From assembly GCA_043744805.1 (NCBI GenBank), contig JAYTTZ010000247.1:1-53562 (forward strand): a stretch of DNA of 53,562 nt. The letters are read 5' to 3'. Shown here piece by piece: positions 26,760 to 36,184 of the stretch. The first letter of the stretch is position 1. Every line of letters starts with the position of its first letter. A program made the position numbers and the translations under genes. The notes beneath the pieces are model-generated. The model was not told the DNA's origin. It did not search any database and saw only the letters and a program-made list of their open reading frames with translations. Source of the DNA: Gammaproteobacteria bacterium. Lineage in GTDB: Bacteria > Pseudomonadota > Gammaproteobacteria > Ga0077536.

Positions 26760-27356
26760 GTGACGGATCAGCAGTTCAAGATTGTCTATGCCGGCCGCAT
26801 CGCAGGCGGGGCCCGCCAGCCCGAGGTCGCGGCTGCGCTCGCGCGACTCTTCAAGACCGATGTCGCGAAGATCGCACCGATGTTCTCCGGGCAGCAGGTT
26901 GTCTTGCGCAAGGGGCTCGATGCCGCGACGGCGGAACAGTACCTCGCGGTGCTGGCCAAGGCGGGCGCCCTTGCGGAGCAGGTGCCAATGTCCGTCGAAG
27001 CCCCCGCCAACCCGGCGCCTGCGCCCTCTGCGCCAGACACCTTGCCCGCCGCGCTGGCGCCGCCTGCGCCGGCGATCGCGCGCGCAGCGGTAACGCCTCC
27101 GGAAGCTCCTGATTTCGGCCTTGCCGCAGCCGGTGCCCTGCTGGTGGAGGTGATGGAGACGCCAGCACCCGCCATCGATATCTCCACCTTGAGCATGGCA
27201 GCCGCAGGCGTGTTGCTGGTGGAAACCGTGGAGGTTCCTGAACCGCAGTACAGGCTGGACGGATTCAAGCTCGATCCACCCGGCATCAACCTCGACGACA
27301 CCCCGCCCTCGCCGCCCAGGGACTTCGATCTCAGCCAATTGTCGCTCGCCGAATGA
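26760..27356 (+). CDS. Hypothetical protein (FKIVYAG N-terminal module, Pro/Ala linker, three acidic repeats)
   Basis: RBS GGAG before GTG 26760. Repeated units of the form L-(A/D)-x-x-G-x-x-L. Confidence 0.7.
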   Translation: MTDQQFKIVYAGRIAGGARQPEVAAALARLFKTDVAKIAPMFSGQQVVLRKGLDAATAEQYLAVLAKAGALAEQVPMSVEAPANPAPAPSAPDTLPAALAPPAPAIARAAVTPPEAPDFGLAAAGALLVEVMETPAPAIDISTLSMAAAGVLLVETVEVPEPQYRLDGFKLDPPGINLDDTPPSPPRDFDLSQLSLAE

Positions 27357-27420
27357 TTGCACGCGACGCTCCGCAGGGAAGGACTCCACCCAGCCTTGTC
27401 CGCCTGCAGGGGGAACCCCG

Positions 27421-28257
27421 ATGAACCTGCCCGCCAGACTTCTCTTGTGGCTGGCGTTCGCTGGCGTTGCAGTCTGTGCCTTTTACCTGTGGGCAGTCCG
27501 CGAAGATCCCGCGCTGGCCGAGCGCCTTGCTGCGGCACCCCGGGAAGTGCGCGAACTCGTGGTGCCCACGCCAGGGGGGCCCGGGACACAGCAAGTGGCA
27601 CCGCCCGCCGTCGTGGAGGACGCGGCACCGCCCGCCCTGCCTGATCCCTCGCTGCCAACCCTCGATGACAGCGACACCGCCGTAAACGACGCACTCGGTA
27701 GCGTGCTCGGCGCGGCCACTATCAAGGCATGGTTCAACCCGCAGGCTTTCATTCGCCACCTGGTCGTGACCCTCGACAACCTGCCGAACGCCAGGTTGCC
27801 GATGCGCCATCGCGTGGTGCGTGCCGTGCCGGGTACGTTCGAGGTCACAGGCGCCGAGAACGCGTTGGTGCCGAGCCCGGCCAACGCTGTGCGCTATGCG
27901 CCGTTGATCGACGCCGTGCTCAAGGTGGACGCCGCGCAGTGGGTCAAGCGCTATCGCCGCTGGTACCCGCTCCTGCAGGAGGCTTACGCGGAAATCGCCG
28001 ACCGCCGGCAATTGTTCAATGACAGGATGCTCGACGTGCTCGATCACCTCATCGCGGTACAGGTGCCCCTGGCGCCGCCGGCGCTGGTGCAACCCGGCGT
28101 GCTCTACCGCTATGCCGATCCGGCGCTGGAAGCGCAATCCGCAGGGGCCCATATGCTCTTCAGGCTGGGCCAGCCGCAGTCGCTGCGCGTACAGACACGC
28201 TTGCGCGAAGTGCGGGCGCTGTTGGGTGGCGCCCAGGGGACGCCTGCGCGTCCCTGA
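27421..28257 (+). CDS. DUF3014-like membrane-anchored protein
   Basis: N-terminal TM; motifs LPTLDDSD, IRHLVVTLDNLP, YPLLQEAY, FNDR, YRYADPALE. Confidence 0.8.
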   Translation: MNLPARLLLWLAFAGVAVCAFYLWAVREDPALAERLAAAPREVRELVVPTPGGPGTQQVAPPAVVEDAAPPALPDPSLPTLDDSDTAVNDALGSVLGAATIKAWFNPQAFIRHLVVTLDNLPNARLPMRHRVVRAVPGTFEVTGAENALVPSPANAVRYAPLIDAVLKVDAAQWVKRYRRWYPLLQEAYAEIADRRQLFNDRMLDVLDHLIAVQVPLAPPALVQPGVLYRYADPALEAQSAGAHMLFRLGQPQSLRVQTRLREVRALLGGAQGTPARP

Positions 28258-28619
28258 GGAACCTCCGGGCAATCCCCGCGTAGGCGCTGGTGTTCGAGCC
28301 GTGGTGCCGTCCCGCCTGCACAATCGAACGCCATTCAGGCGTCGAATGGGCAGCACATGCGCCCTTTCCCGACCTGCTGGCCTCCATGGCGTGTCCGCAA
28401 CCCACGGCCGCGGGAGCGTCGGCTCCAGACTTGGGAGTGACGTGGTCGAGGTAGAAGAGCCTTCCCGTCGCCTTTCCCCAAAAATCGATCACAGTCCTGG
28501 ACGCCGCCGCTCAGAAATTTCGGGGCAACGGCATTGAGTTTCCAACCCATCGGAGGTTGCCGTGACAACGGGAATGTCTGAAAAAAATCCATAAATCAGA
28601 AACTTGTCTGGAGAACACC

Positions 28620-29261
28620 ATGAACCTGCGCCTTACAGCCCTTCCCCTCTGCGCCGCAGTCGCTTTCGCTTTCGCTTGCGCCGCGCCTGCCTAGGCGGCC
28701 CCGCTTTTGCTGAGCGAGACGACTGTAAACCTCGGAGGCGGCAACTTTGATTTTGGTCCCGGTAGCGTGAACTTCCTGCCGGTGTCCGGATCCAGCAGCT
28801 ACGGTAACGGCATGCCGGTCAGCTTTCCCTTTGCTCCCCTCGTTGGCGCGACGAACTACAACTTCGCCGACTACTACTACCTGTCGATCCCGAACGCCGC
28901 GGTGGCCAACGCCTCCACTATCAGCATCGACCTGGGCGGCATTCTCAACCTCGATAACCTGCACGTGAACCTGTTCGGCGGCCACAGCACGACCCTGAAC
29001 CCGGCGGCCCTGATCAGCTCTTTCGACGCCGTGATCACGAACCCGACCCATGACATCAACGTGTCCCTGCTGGACAACACCATGCTGGCCGCCGGCAACT
29101 ACACCCTGCAGGTCCTGGGTAAGTACGCCGGCGCGTCTGGCGCCAGTTACGGCGGTAACCTGAACCTGGCCTCGGTTCCGGTGCCGGTCCCTGCCGCCGT
29201 GTGGCTGCTGGGCTCGGCCCTCGCCGGCGTGGTGGCGACCCGCCGGCGCAAGGACACCTGA
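28620..29261 (+). pseudogene. FxDxF-type PEP-CTERM/VPLPA-CTERM surface protein interrupted by an in-frame TAG at codon 25
   Basis: RBS GGAG and ATG 28620 give MNLRLTALPLCAAVAFAFACAAPA*AAPLL, with TAG at 28692..28694. The same frame continues to NFADYY and VPVPAAVWLLGSALAGVVATRRRK. Confidence 0.8.
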
Positions 29262-29284
29262 AGTCTTCCTGCCCAGCTCGGAGC

Positions 29285-29310
29285 AAGCCGCCTTCGGGCG
29301 GCTTTTTCTT
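29285..29310 (+). terminator. Rho-independent terminator
   Basis: AAGCCGCC-TTCG-GGCGGCTT followed by TTTCTT. Confidence 0.85.
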
Positions 29311-29341
29311 GTCCGCTTGTTTCGACCCGAAACCTTCCGCC

Positions 29342-29371
29342 AAAAAAACGGCGCCTGGAATGGCGCCGTTT
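29342..29371 (-). terminator. Rho-independent terminator of the LLM gene
   Basis: Minus strand reads AAACGGCGCCA-TTCC-AGGCGCCG-TTTTTTT. Confidence 0.8.
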
Positions 29372-29408
29372 CCTGTAAGGCCCGAGCGCGAGGCCGGGCC
29401 TGCTTTTC

Positions 29409-30257
29409 TTATTTGATGAACTTGGCGTACTGGTCGAGGATCGGCAGCACCTTGTCCGCGCCGGCCGCCGGCAGGGGCAGGATGCAGCGCTTCACGTTCT
29501 GCCCGGCAAGCTTCTGGATGGCGTCTTCCGTCGGCGTCATGGTGAAGAACACACCCACTTCGATGGTCGCTGGATCACGGCCAATCTTGCCGCAGGCTGC
29601 GCGGATCTGCTTGAGTCCACCTTCGAAATCGTACATGCCCCCGAGCGGCATCCAGCCGTCGCAGAACTCAGCCACGTGGGATGCGGTCAGCGGGCCAGCG
29701 GCGCCGCCCATGATGATCGGCGGATGCGGACGCTGCACCGGCTTCGGCCAGGCCCAGCTGGGTTCGAGGTTGACGTGCTTGCCCGAGAAGCTGGCTTCTT
29801 CCTTGGTCCACAGTTCCTTCATGGCGAGGATGTTCTCGCGGAGGATTTCGCGGCGGAGCTTGTAGTCGAGCTTGTGGTTGCGCATTTCTTCCACGCACCA
29901 GCCGTAGCCGATGCCAAAGTCGAAGCGACCATTGGAAATCACGTCCAGGCTCGCGACTTCCTTCGCCAGCCAGATCGGATCGCGCTGCGCGACCAGCGTG
30001 ATGCCGGTGCCCACGCGGAGCTTGGTGGTGACTGCAGCGCAGGCGGTTAGCGCCACGAACTGATCGTGGGTACGCCAGTATTCCTCCGGCAGCGGCGGCG
30101 CGCCGGCGCGACCGCCCCAGGGTGTTTCCCGGCTGGAGGGAATGTGGCTGTGTTCCGGGAACCAGAGGGATTCGAAGCCGCGGGCTTCCACTTCCTTGGC
30201 TAGCGGAATCGGCTGGATGGCCTGGTCGGTCGGGAAAATGATGACGCCTAGATCCAT
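29409..30257 (-). CDS. LLM-class (putatively F420-dependent, Rv2161c-like) oxidoreductase
   Basis: Motifs GFESLWFPEHSHIP, LAKEVASLD, GIGYGW, WPKPVQRPHPPI, DGWMP. Confidence 0.9.
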   Translation of the reverse strand: MDLGVIIFPTDQAIQPIPLAKEVEARGFESLWFPEHSHIPSSRETPWGGRAGAPPLPEEYWRTHDQFVALTACAAVTTKLRVGTGITLVAQRDPIWLAKEVASLDVISNGRFDFGIGYGWCVEEMRNHKLDYKLRREILRENILAMKELWTKEEASFSGKHVNLEPSWAWPKPVQRPHPPIIMGGAAGPLTASHVAEFCDGWMPLGGMYDFEGGLKQIRAACGKIGRDPATIEVGVFFTMTPTEDAIQKLAGQNVKRCILPLPAAGADKVLPILDQYAKFIK

Positions 30258-30360
30258 GGGTTTGATGCTCCGTTGGGGCTGCGGGCCCCTGCATGTGGTG
30301 GTCTGAATTTTTCCGGCGGCCGCGGTGGACGCCGGCCGGGGCAGTATACGCAATCAGGTT

Positions 30361-31122
30361 TCAGCGACCCCGCCACACCGGCGTGCGTTTGGCGGCAAAG
30401 GCCGACGCGCCTTCCCCGGCGTCCTCGGTGGCGCGCAGGAAGTCGAAGCATTCGCGCTCGACTGCAAGGGCCTGGCGGAGCGGCAGGTCCACGCCGCGCA
30501 TCACGGCTTCGCGGATTTTCTCCACGGCAAGCGGCGGGCTGCGCACGATTTCCTCCGCGATGTCCGCGCATTTCTCCAGCAGTCGGCTGCGCGGCACGAC
30601 GTAGTCCACGAGGCCAAGGCGCAGCGCTTCCGGCGCATCGATGCGCACGCCGGTGTAGAGCATCTCCAGCGCCCGACCGCGCGGGATGAGCCGCGGCAGG
30701 CGCTGCGTGCCGCCGCCACCGGGCAGCACACCAAGGCGCACTTCGCCGAGGCCGAACATGGCGTCCGTGCTGGCCACGCGGATGTCGCAAGCCATGGCCT
30801 GTTCCAGGCCGCCACCGTTGCAGTGGCCGTGGATGCCGGCGATGACGGGTTTTTTCAGGAAGCCCAGCACGTCGAACAGGCCGTTGCCGGCGGGCCTGGA
30901 GCGATCGCCGAAGCCTTCGCCCTTGATGTCGCTGCCGGCACAGAAGGCACGTTCGCCAGTGCCGGAGAGGATGGCGACGCGAAGCTTGTCGTCGGCGTCG
31001 AAGCGGCGCCAGGTCTCAGCCAGCAGGGCGTACGTTTCGAGGTCGCAGGCGTTGAGGCGCTCGGGCCGGTTGTAAGTCACGTAGGCAACTTGGCCCCGTG
31101 TCTCGAAGAGTACTTTGTCCAT
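30361..31122 (-). CDS. Enoyl-CoA hydratase/isomerase
   Basis: Motifs NRPERLNA, AFCAGSDI, GGGLEQAMACDIR, PGGGGTQRLPR. Confidence 0.92.
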   Translation of the reverse strand: MDKVLFETRGQVAYVTYNRPERLNACDLETYALLAETWRRFDADDKLRVAILSGTGERAFCAGSDIKGEGFGDRSRPAGNGLFDVLGFLKKPVIAGIHGHCNGGGLEQAMACDIRVASTDAMFGLGEVRLGVLPGGGGTQRLPRLIPRGRALEMLYTGVRIDAPEALRLGLVDYVVPRSRLLEKCADIAEEIVRSPPLAVEKIREAVMRGVDLPLRQALAVERECFDFLRATEDAGEGASAFAAKRTPVWRGR

Positions 31123-31249
31123 CGATCTCCCCTCGTGGGGCCAGGCTGGCCCGAGGTCCGCATCATTCCAGAGCTCTTGGCGGACTGCACCCCCGACGGC
31201 TGCTAGGATTCACGGACCATAACGACAAGACCTGAAGGGGAGACCACGC

Positions 31250-32101
31250 ATGGCCGAGACGCCTACCGTCTACGGGGACATCCAGTACCAGGTGGCCGAT
31301 CCGGTCGCCGTCATTACGCTCAACCGCCCCGATCGCCTGAACGCCATGACCACCCGCATGCTGGATGAGATCCGGCATGCGAGTGCCGCGGCGGAAACCG
31401 ATCCGCGGGTGGTGGGCCTCATCCTTACCGGCGCCGGGCGTGGCTTCTGCGCCGGCATGGACCTCGCCGCGCTGGATGAAATCTCGGCCAGCGGCGAATT
31501 GACGGCCCGCACGCCAGGCGAGCTTGCCGCCGCGCCGGGCGACGACACGATGGGCGAAGACTTTACCGGCATCTACCAGTATTTCCTCAAACTCCGCAAA
31601 CCGGTGATCGCGGCGATCAACGGCCCTTGCGCGGGCCTTGGCTTGTGTTTCGCGTTGCTCTGCGACCTGCGCTTCGTCGAGCGCCAGGCCAGGTTCAGCA
31701 CGGCGTTCTCGCAACGTGGCCTCGTGGCCGAGCACGGCGCCAGTTGGCTGCTGCCGCGCATGATCGGCCCTTCGAAGGCGCTGGACCTGCTGTGGAGCGC
31801 GCGCCGCTTCGATGGCGAGGAGGCCGAACGCCTCGGCCTCGTCGACCGCCTGTGCGAGACCGGCACGGCGCTCGCCATGGCTACCGACTACCTCAAGCAT
31901 CTCGCGGCCAACGTCTCCCCGACCTCCATCATGGTCATCAAGCAGCAGGTCTACCGCCACCTCATGGCGAGCCTGGGACCTGCGATGGCCGAGACCGACC
32001 GCCTGATGCAGGAGAGCCTGCAGCGACCGGACTTCCGCGAAGGTGTCCGCTCGTTCATCGAGCAGCGGCCGCCTGTCTTCAAGCGGCTCGGTGGCACCTG
32101 A
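31250..32101 (+). CDS. Enoyl-CoA hydratase/isomerase
   Basis: Motifs TLNRPDRLNA, GFCAGMDL, KPVIAAINGPCAG, GLVAEHGASWLLPR. Confidence 0.92.
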   Translation: MAETPTVYGDIQYQVADPVAVITLNRPDRLNAMTTRMLDEIRHASAAAETDPRVVGLILTGAGRGFCAGMDLAALDEISASGELTARTPGELAAAPGDDTMGEDFTGIYQYFLKLRKPVIAAINGPCAGLGLCFALLCDLRFVERQARFSTAFSQRGLVAEHGASWLLPRMIGPSKALDLLWSARRFDGEEAERLGLVDRLCETGTALAMATDYLKHLAANVSPTSIMVIKQQVYRHLMASLGPAMAETDRLMQESLQRPDFREGVRSFIEQRPPVFKRLGGT

Positions 32102-32761
32102 GGGGCGCGGACGGCAAGGCCCCGCTGCCCCGGGGCGTGGCGCTCACGGCGCGCGACACGGCGTTCCGCGACGATCCCGATGCCAGCTACGACCGCCTGC
32201 GCGCCGCAGCGCCCGTTTACGCGGATCCTGATTACGGTCGTTGGGTCCTGACCCGCCATGCGGATGTCCGCACGGTGCTGCGCCAGAAGGACTTCGGCGT
32301 GGATGCGCGCAATTCCCGCGCAGATTCCTACACGCGCCGGATTGCCGGCACCGGCGTGCAGGAAGCCAGCGGCGCCACGGCCTACGCACCGCCGCTGGTG
32401 CTGCTCGACGATCCGGCCCATCGGCGTATCCGCTTGCTGATGAGCAAGGCCTTCACGCCGCGCGCCGTCGCGGCCATGCGTCCACGCATCGAAGCCATCA
32501 CCGCAAGCCTGCTGGACGGCCTCGACGGACAGGACGCCATTGATTTCATCGCCGACTACGCCGGCCCCCTGCCGACCTTGGTCATCCGGTGGCGGACCGC
32601 ATGTATGCCTCGGGGCGCCACTGGCGCGGCTGGAAGGCGAGATCTGCCTGCAGGCGTTCATCGCGCGCTATCCGGCGCTGCGCCTCGGCGACACGCCGCC
32701 GCAGCGGCGCAGGCTGCCGTCCTTCCGGGGCTTCGAAAGCCTGCCGCTACACCTGCGCTGA
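32098..32761 (+). pseudogene. Cytochrome P450, internally deleted and frameshifted
   Basis: The N-terminal half (DDPAHRRIRLLMSKAFTPRAV...YAGPLPTLVI) jumps frame near 32586 to the heme motif GGGPHVCLGAPLARLE. The I-helix and ExxR region are absent. Confidence 0.88.
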
Positions 32762-34168
32762 GGGCAGCACGGGGCGGCGCCGGTGCCAGCCGGTCGCGGC
32801 TTCGTACGCGGCGGCAACCTTGAACAGGGTGGCTTCGTCGCCCATCCGGCCAATGAACTGCATGGCCGTGGGCAGGCCCGCTTCCGTGAACCCATTAGGC
32901 ACGGTGAGGGAGGGATGGCCGCTGAAATTGGTCGGCGCCGCATAGCGCACCAGGGACGCTATGGCTTCGGGTGGCGCCACGGCATCGGGTGCGAAGTCGC
33001 GCCGGGCCACGGCGGGCGAAGGCGCCGCCGGGCAGAGGATGACGTCTACCGCCGTAAAGGCGCGTTCGAGCAGTGCCGTGGTGATCTGGCGCATCTGCTG
33101 GCCGCGCGCATAGGTTTCCGCGCCCACGCCCTGACCGTACTCCAGCAGCGATCGGAACACCGGCCCGTAGTCGCTGGCGCGCGCCGGGAACCACTCATGG
33201 TGGCGCACCAGCGCATCCACCGCGCAGGTGGCCAGCCAGTACTCGCAGACGTCCGTGATGCCACGGAGATCGATGTCCAGCACGTCCACTTTCTGCCCGT
33301 GCAGGATGTAGCAGGCGCGGAAGCACGCTTCGCGCATGGCGGGATCGGTGTCTTCCGTGCAGTAGCTGCGATCGATGCCGACGCGCATTCCCGCCGCGCC
33401 CTGCGCGATCGCGGCGAGGTAGTTCGTCCCGGGATCGCTGCGGGTGACCGGATCGCGTTCGTCGCGTCCTTCCAGCACGCCAAGCATCACGGCGCAGTCG
33501 TGCACGCTGCGGGCCATCGGGCCGATGTGGTCGAGGGTATCGGCCAGCGGGAACACACCGTGGCGGGACACCTTGCCGTAGGTCGGCTTGAGCCCGACCA
33601 CCCCGCAGGCCGCCGATGGAAACCGAATCGACCCGCCGGTATCGGTGCCTATCGCGGCGAAGCACAACGAAGCTGCCGTGGCCGCGCCCGAGCCGCTGGA
33701 AGACACCCCGGCCCAGTGGTCAAGCTGCCACGGATTGCGCGGTGGTTCGTAGTCCGGGTGGTAGCCATAGAGCGCGAACTCGGTGAGGTTCAATTTGCCC
33801 ATGCAGATGGCGCCGGCCTGGGTCAGGCGTTCGACGATGCCGGCGTCCAGCAGCGGCACGAAGTCCCGGAGGATGGAGGAGGCGCAGGTGGTGCGGATGC
33901 CCTGCGTGCAGACCAGATCCTTCAGGCCTACCGGAATGCCGTGCAGGGGCCCGAGATAGCGGCCTGCCGCAATCTCGCGTGCGGCGACCGCCGCCTGGGC
34001 GCGCGCCAGATCGGCTGTGACCAGCAGGTAGCTGTGGAGCGTGTCGTCCAGTGCCGCGATGCGCGCAAGCTGGGCTTCCACCAGCGCCACGGGTGATACC
34101 TCGCCTCGCTCGATGAGTGGCGCCACTGCGGCAATCGTGTGGGTCAGCAGGTCTGCAACATCGGCCAT
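32747..34168 (-). CDS. Amidase signature family protein
   Basis: Motifs GPLHGIPVGLKDL, GKLNLTEFA, SSSGS, GTDTGGSIRFPS. Confidence 0.92.
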   Translation of the reverse strand: MADVADLLTHTIAAVAPLIERGEVSPVALVEAQLARIAALDDTLHSYLLVTADLARAQAAVAAREIAAGRYLGPLHGIPVGLKDLVCTQGIRTTCASSILRDFVPLLDAGIVERLTQAGAICMGKLNLTEFALYGYHPDYEPPRNPWQLDHWAGVSSSGSGAATAASLCFAAIGTDTGGSIRFPSAACGVVGLKPTYGKVSRHGVFPLADTLDHIGPMARSVHDCAVMLGVLEGRDERDPVTRSDPGTNYLAAIAQGAAGMRVGIDRSYCTEDTDPAMREACFRACYILHGQKVDVLDIDLRGITDVCEYWLATCAVDALVRHHEWFPARASDYGPVFRSLLEYGQGVGAETYARGQQMRQITTALLERAFTAVDVILCPAAPSPAVARRDFAPDAVAPPEAIASLVRYAAPTNFSGHPSLTVPNGFTEAGLPTAMQFIGRMGDEATLFKVAAAYEAATGWHRRRPVLPSAQV

Positions 34169-34300
34169 CGCGCGTGCTCCACGGGAGTTGGGGCCCGGAT
34201 GATGCGACGAGGGCCGGGGGACCGTCGAGCTGCCCGCGCGCTGCTATCATCCGCAGGTACGTCAAATCCACCCCAAGACTGCTCCAGGAAGGGACTTACC

Positions 34301-35485
34301 ATGGCAGGTGTTCTGGACGGGATCCGGGTGCTCGATTTCGGTCGCTACATCGCCGGCCCGTATTGCGCGGCCCTGCTGGGCGATCTGGGCGCGGACGTGA
34401 TCCGCATCGAGCGACTTTCCGGCGGCGAGGATCGCTGGCTCATGCCGGTGGGCGCGGACGGCACGGGCGCGCTTTACATCCCCTGCAACCGCAACAAGCG
34501 CGGCATGACCCTGGACCCCGGGAGCCTCGAAGGCCGCGGAGTGGTCGCCAGGCTCGTGAAGACCGCTGACGTGGTGGTGGCCAACCTGCCACCGGACGTG
34601 CTGCGCAGCCTCGGCCTTGATCTGGACAGCCTGCGTGCGATCAAACCCGACATCATCCTGACCACCGTCAGTGCCTTCGGCGCAGGTGGACCGTGGAGCC
34701 ATCGCCATGGTTTCGACGGCGTGGGGCAGGCCATGTGCGGCTCGGCCTACCTCACCGGCACTCCGGAACAGCCGCTGCGCGCGGCGGTCACCTGGGTGGA
34801 TTTCGGTAGCGCGTCGCTTGCTGCCTTCGGCACCCTCGCGGCCCTGATGAACCGTGCGCAGACCGGTGAAGGCCAGAAGGTGGAAGGCGCGCTGCTCCGT
34901 ACCGCGCTCGCGTTCAACAACGCGGCACTGGTGGAACAGCAGGTGATCGAAGCCAATCGCGTCGCCCAGCTCAATCGCGGTTTCGTCGGGGCACCGGCTG
35001 ACATGTTCCGGACCAGCGATGGCTGGATCGTGGCCTATGCGCTGGGCACGCCGATGTTCAAGCGTTGGGCCCGCCTGATGGGCGAGGCGCAGTGGCTTAC
35101 CGACCCACGGTTCGAAACCGACGAATCACGGGCCGGGCACGGCGAGGCCATCTCGGCACGCATGCAGGCATGGACCGCCACCCGCAGCACTGCGGAGGCG
35201 CTTGGCCTGCTCGAAACCGCCGCCATTCCCGCCGCGCCGGTCTACTCGCCGCAACAGGCGCTGGACGACGAACACATCAAGGCCACCGGATTCCTGTCCA
35301 ACGTGGACTACCCGGGGCTGGCGACACCGGCACCGGTCGCGACCATGCCGGTCGATCTCTCGGCAAGCCCCGGCGAATGCCGTCGCCGCGCGCCGATGCT
35401 GGGCGAACACACCAACGAAATCCTCGCGGAACTCGGCTACAGCGCCGGGGATATCGACGGCCTGCGTGAACGAGGCGTCGTGTAA
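34301..35485 (+). CDS. CaiB/BaiF class III CoA-transferase
   Basis: Motifs GIRVLDFGRYIAGP, LGADVIRIE, NRNKRG, GFDGVGQA, APMLGEHT. Confidence 0.92.
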   Translation: MAGVLDGIRVLDFGRYIAGPYCAALLGDLGADVIRIERLSGGEDRWLMPVGADGTGALYIPCNRNKRGMTLDPGSLEGRGVVARLVKTADVVVANLPPDVLRSLGLDLDSLRAIKPDIILTTVSAFGAGGPWSHRHGFDGVGQAMCGSAYLTGTPEQPLRAAVTWVDFGSASLAAFGTLAALMNRAQTGEGQKVEGALLRTALAFNNAALVEQQVIEANRVAQLNRGFVGAPADMFRTSDGWIVAYALGTPMFKRWARLMGEAQWLTDPRFETDESRAGHGEAISARMQAWTATRSTAEALGLLETAAIPAAPVYSPQQALDDEHIKATGFLSNVDYPGLATPAPVATMPVDLSASPGECRRRAPMLGEHTNEILAELGYSAGDIDGLRERGVV

Positions 35486-35526
35486 GACGGCAAGCGGCTA
35501 CTGTAAAACTACTTCGGAGAGCATCC

Positions 35527-35985
35527 ATGGACATCCAGCGTATTACGGAAGTTGGCGTGGCGGTACGGGATCTCGAACAGGCCACCGCCTTGTTCGTGCA
35601 TCTGTTCAACGCCACCGTGGGCAAGGTCATCGAAGTGCCGCGCTACCAGATGCACTACTGCATGTGCCGCGTGGGCAAGGTGGACTTCGAACTGATGGCG
35701 CCTACGGCGGACTCGGGCGTGATCGCGGACTTCCTCAAGCGCCGCGGGGAAGGCCTCCACCACGTCGCCTTCGCCGTGGACGACATCGAAGACACCATGG
35801 CCACGCTCGGCCGCAAGCAGGTGCGCTTCGTCGACGCTGCGCCGGTCGGCGAACACCTGGAGGGTGTCGATTTCGCAGGCCGCGAGTTTTCCGGAGAGCT
35901 CAAGTTCGCGTTTTCGCATCCCGCCTCGATCCTCGGGATCCTCTTCGAGTTCATCCAGTACCCGGACGGATACGCGGCGCCCTGA
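35527..35985 (+). CDS. VOC family protein (methylmalonyl-CoA epimerase-like)
   Basis: Motifs VGVAVRDLEQA, FELMAP, GEGLHHVAFAVDDIE, GILFEFIQ. Confidence 0.85.
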   Translation: MDIQRITEVGVAVRDLEQATALFVHLFNATVGKVIEVPRYQMHYCMCRVGKVDFELMAPTADSGVIADFLKRRGEGLHHVAFAVDDIEDTMATLGRKQVRFVDAAPVGEHLEGVDFAGREFSGELKFAFSHPASILGILFEFIQYPDGYAAP

Positions 35986-36012
35986 GCCTCACCAGCCGGT
36001 GAATTCATGGTT

Positions 36013-36041
36013 CCGTCAGGAATTTGTCAGGATCTCGTAAC
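36013..36041 (+). promoter_or_regulatory. 11-bp-period direct repeat (possible OmpR/PhoB-family site)
   Basis: CCGTCAG-GAAT-TTGTCAG-GATC-TCGTAAC, upstream of the CTERM gene at 36185. Confidence 0.4.
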
Positions 36042-36184
36042 CCGTCACAGATCCAGGGCGCAGGGGCTCGGCGGGGTCCACGCCTGAATTAATCCCTGCA
36101 GGATCCGGAGATACTTGGCAGGGCATGGAAATGCGTGTTCCTCCCCGGGGTCCAACCCGCTTCCACCTCAATTGGATTTGCAAC

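Noticed and set aside
28692-28694. Pyrrolysine or programmed read-through of the TAG
   Set aside because: There are no pyl genes in the window and TAG is used as a normal stop elsewhere. A CAG-to-TAG change is simpler.
31627-32823. 398-aa ORF as an intact P450
   Set aside because: The first 157 or so codons are off-frame crotonase sequence, and the heme Cys motif lies in another frame.
36115-36135. Sigma54 promoters before the CTERM genes (GGCATGGAAATGC here; GGCATTGAGTTTCC near 28530)
   Set aside because: The first is one base short of -24/-12 spacing for the GGCA register, and the second lacks the -12 GC. No TTTACA-type enhancer was seen.
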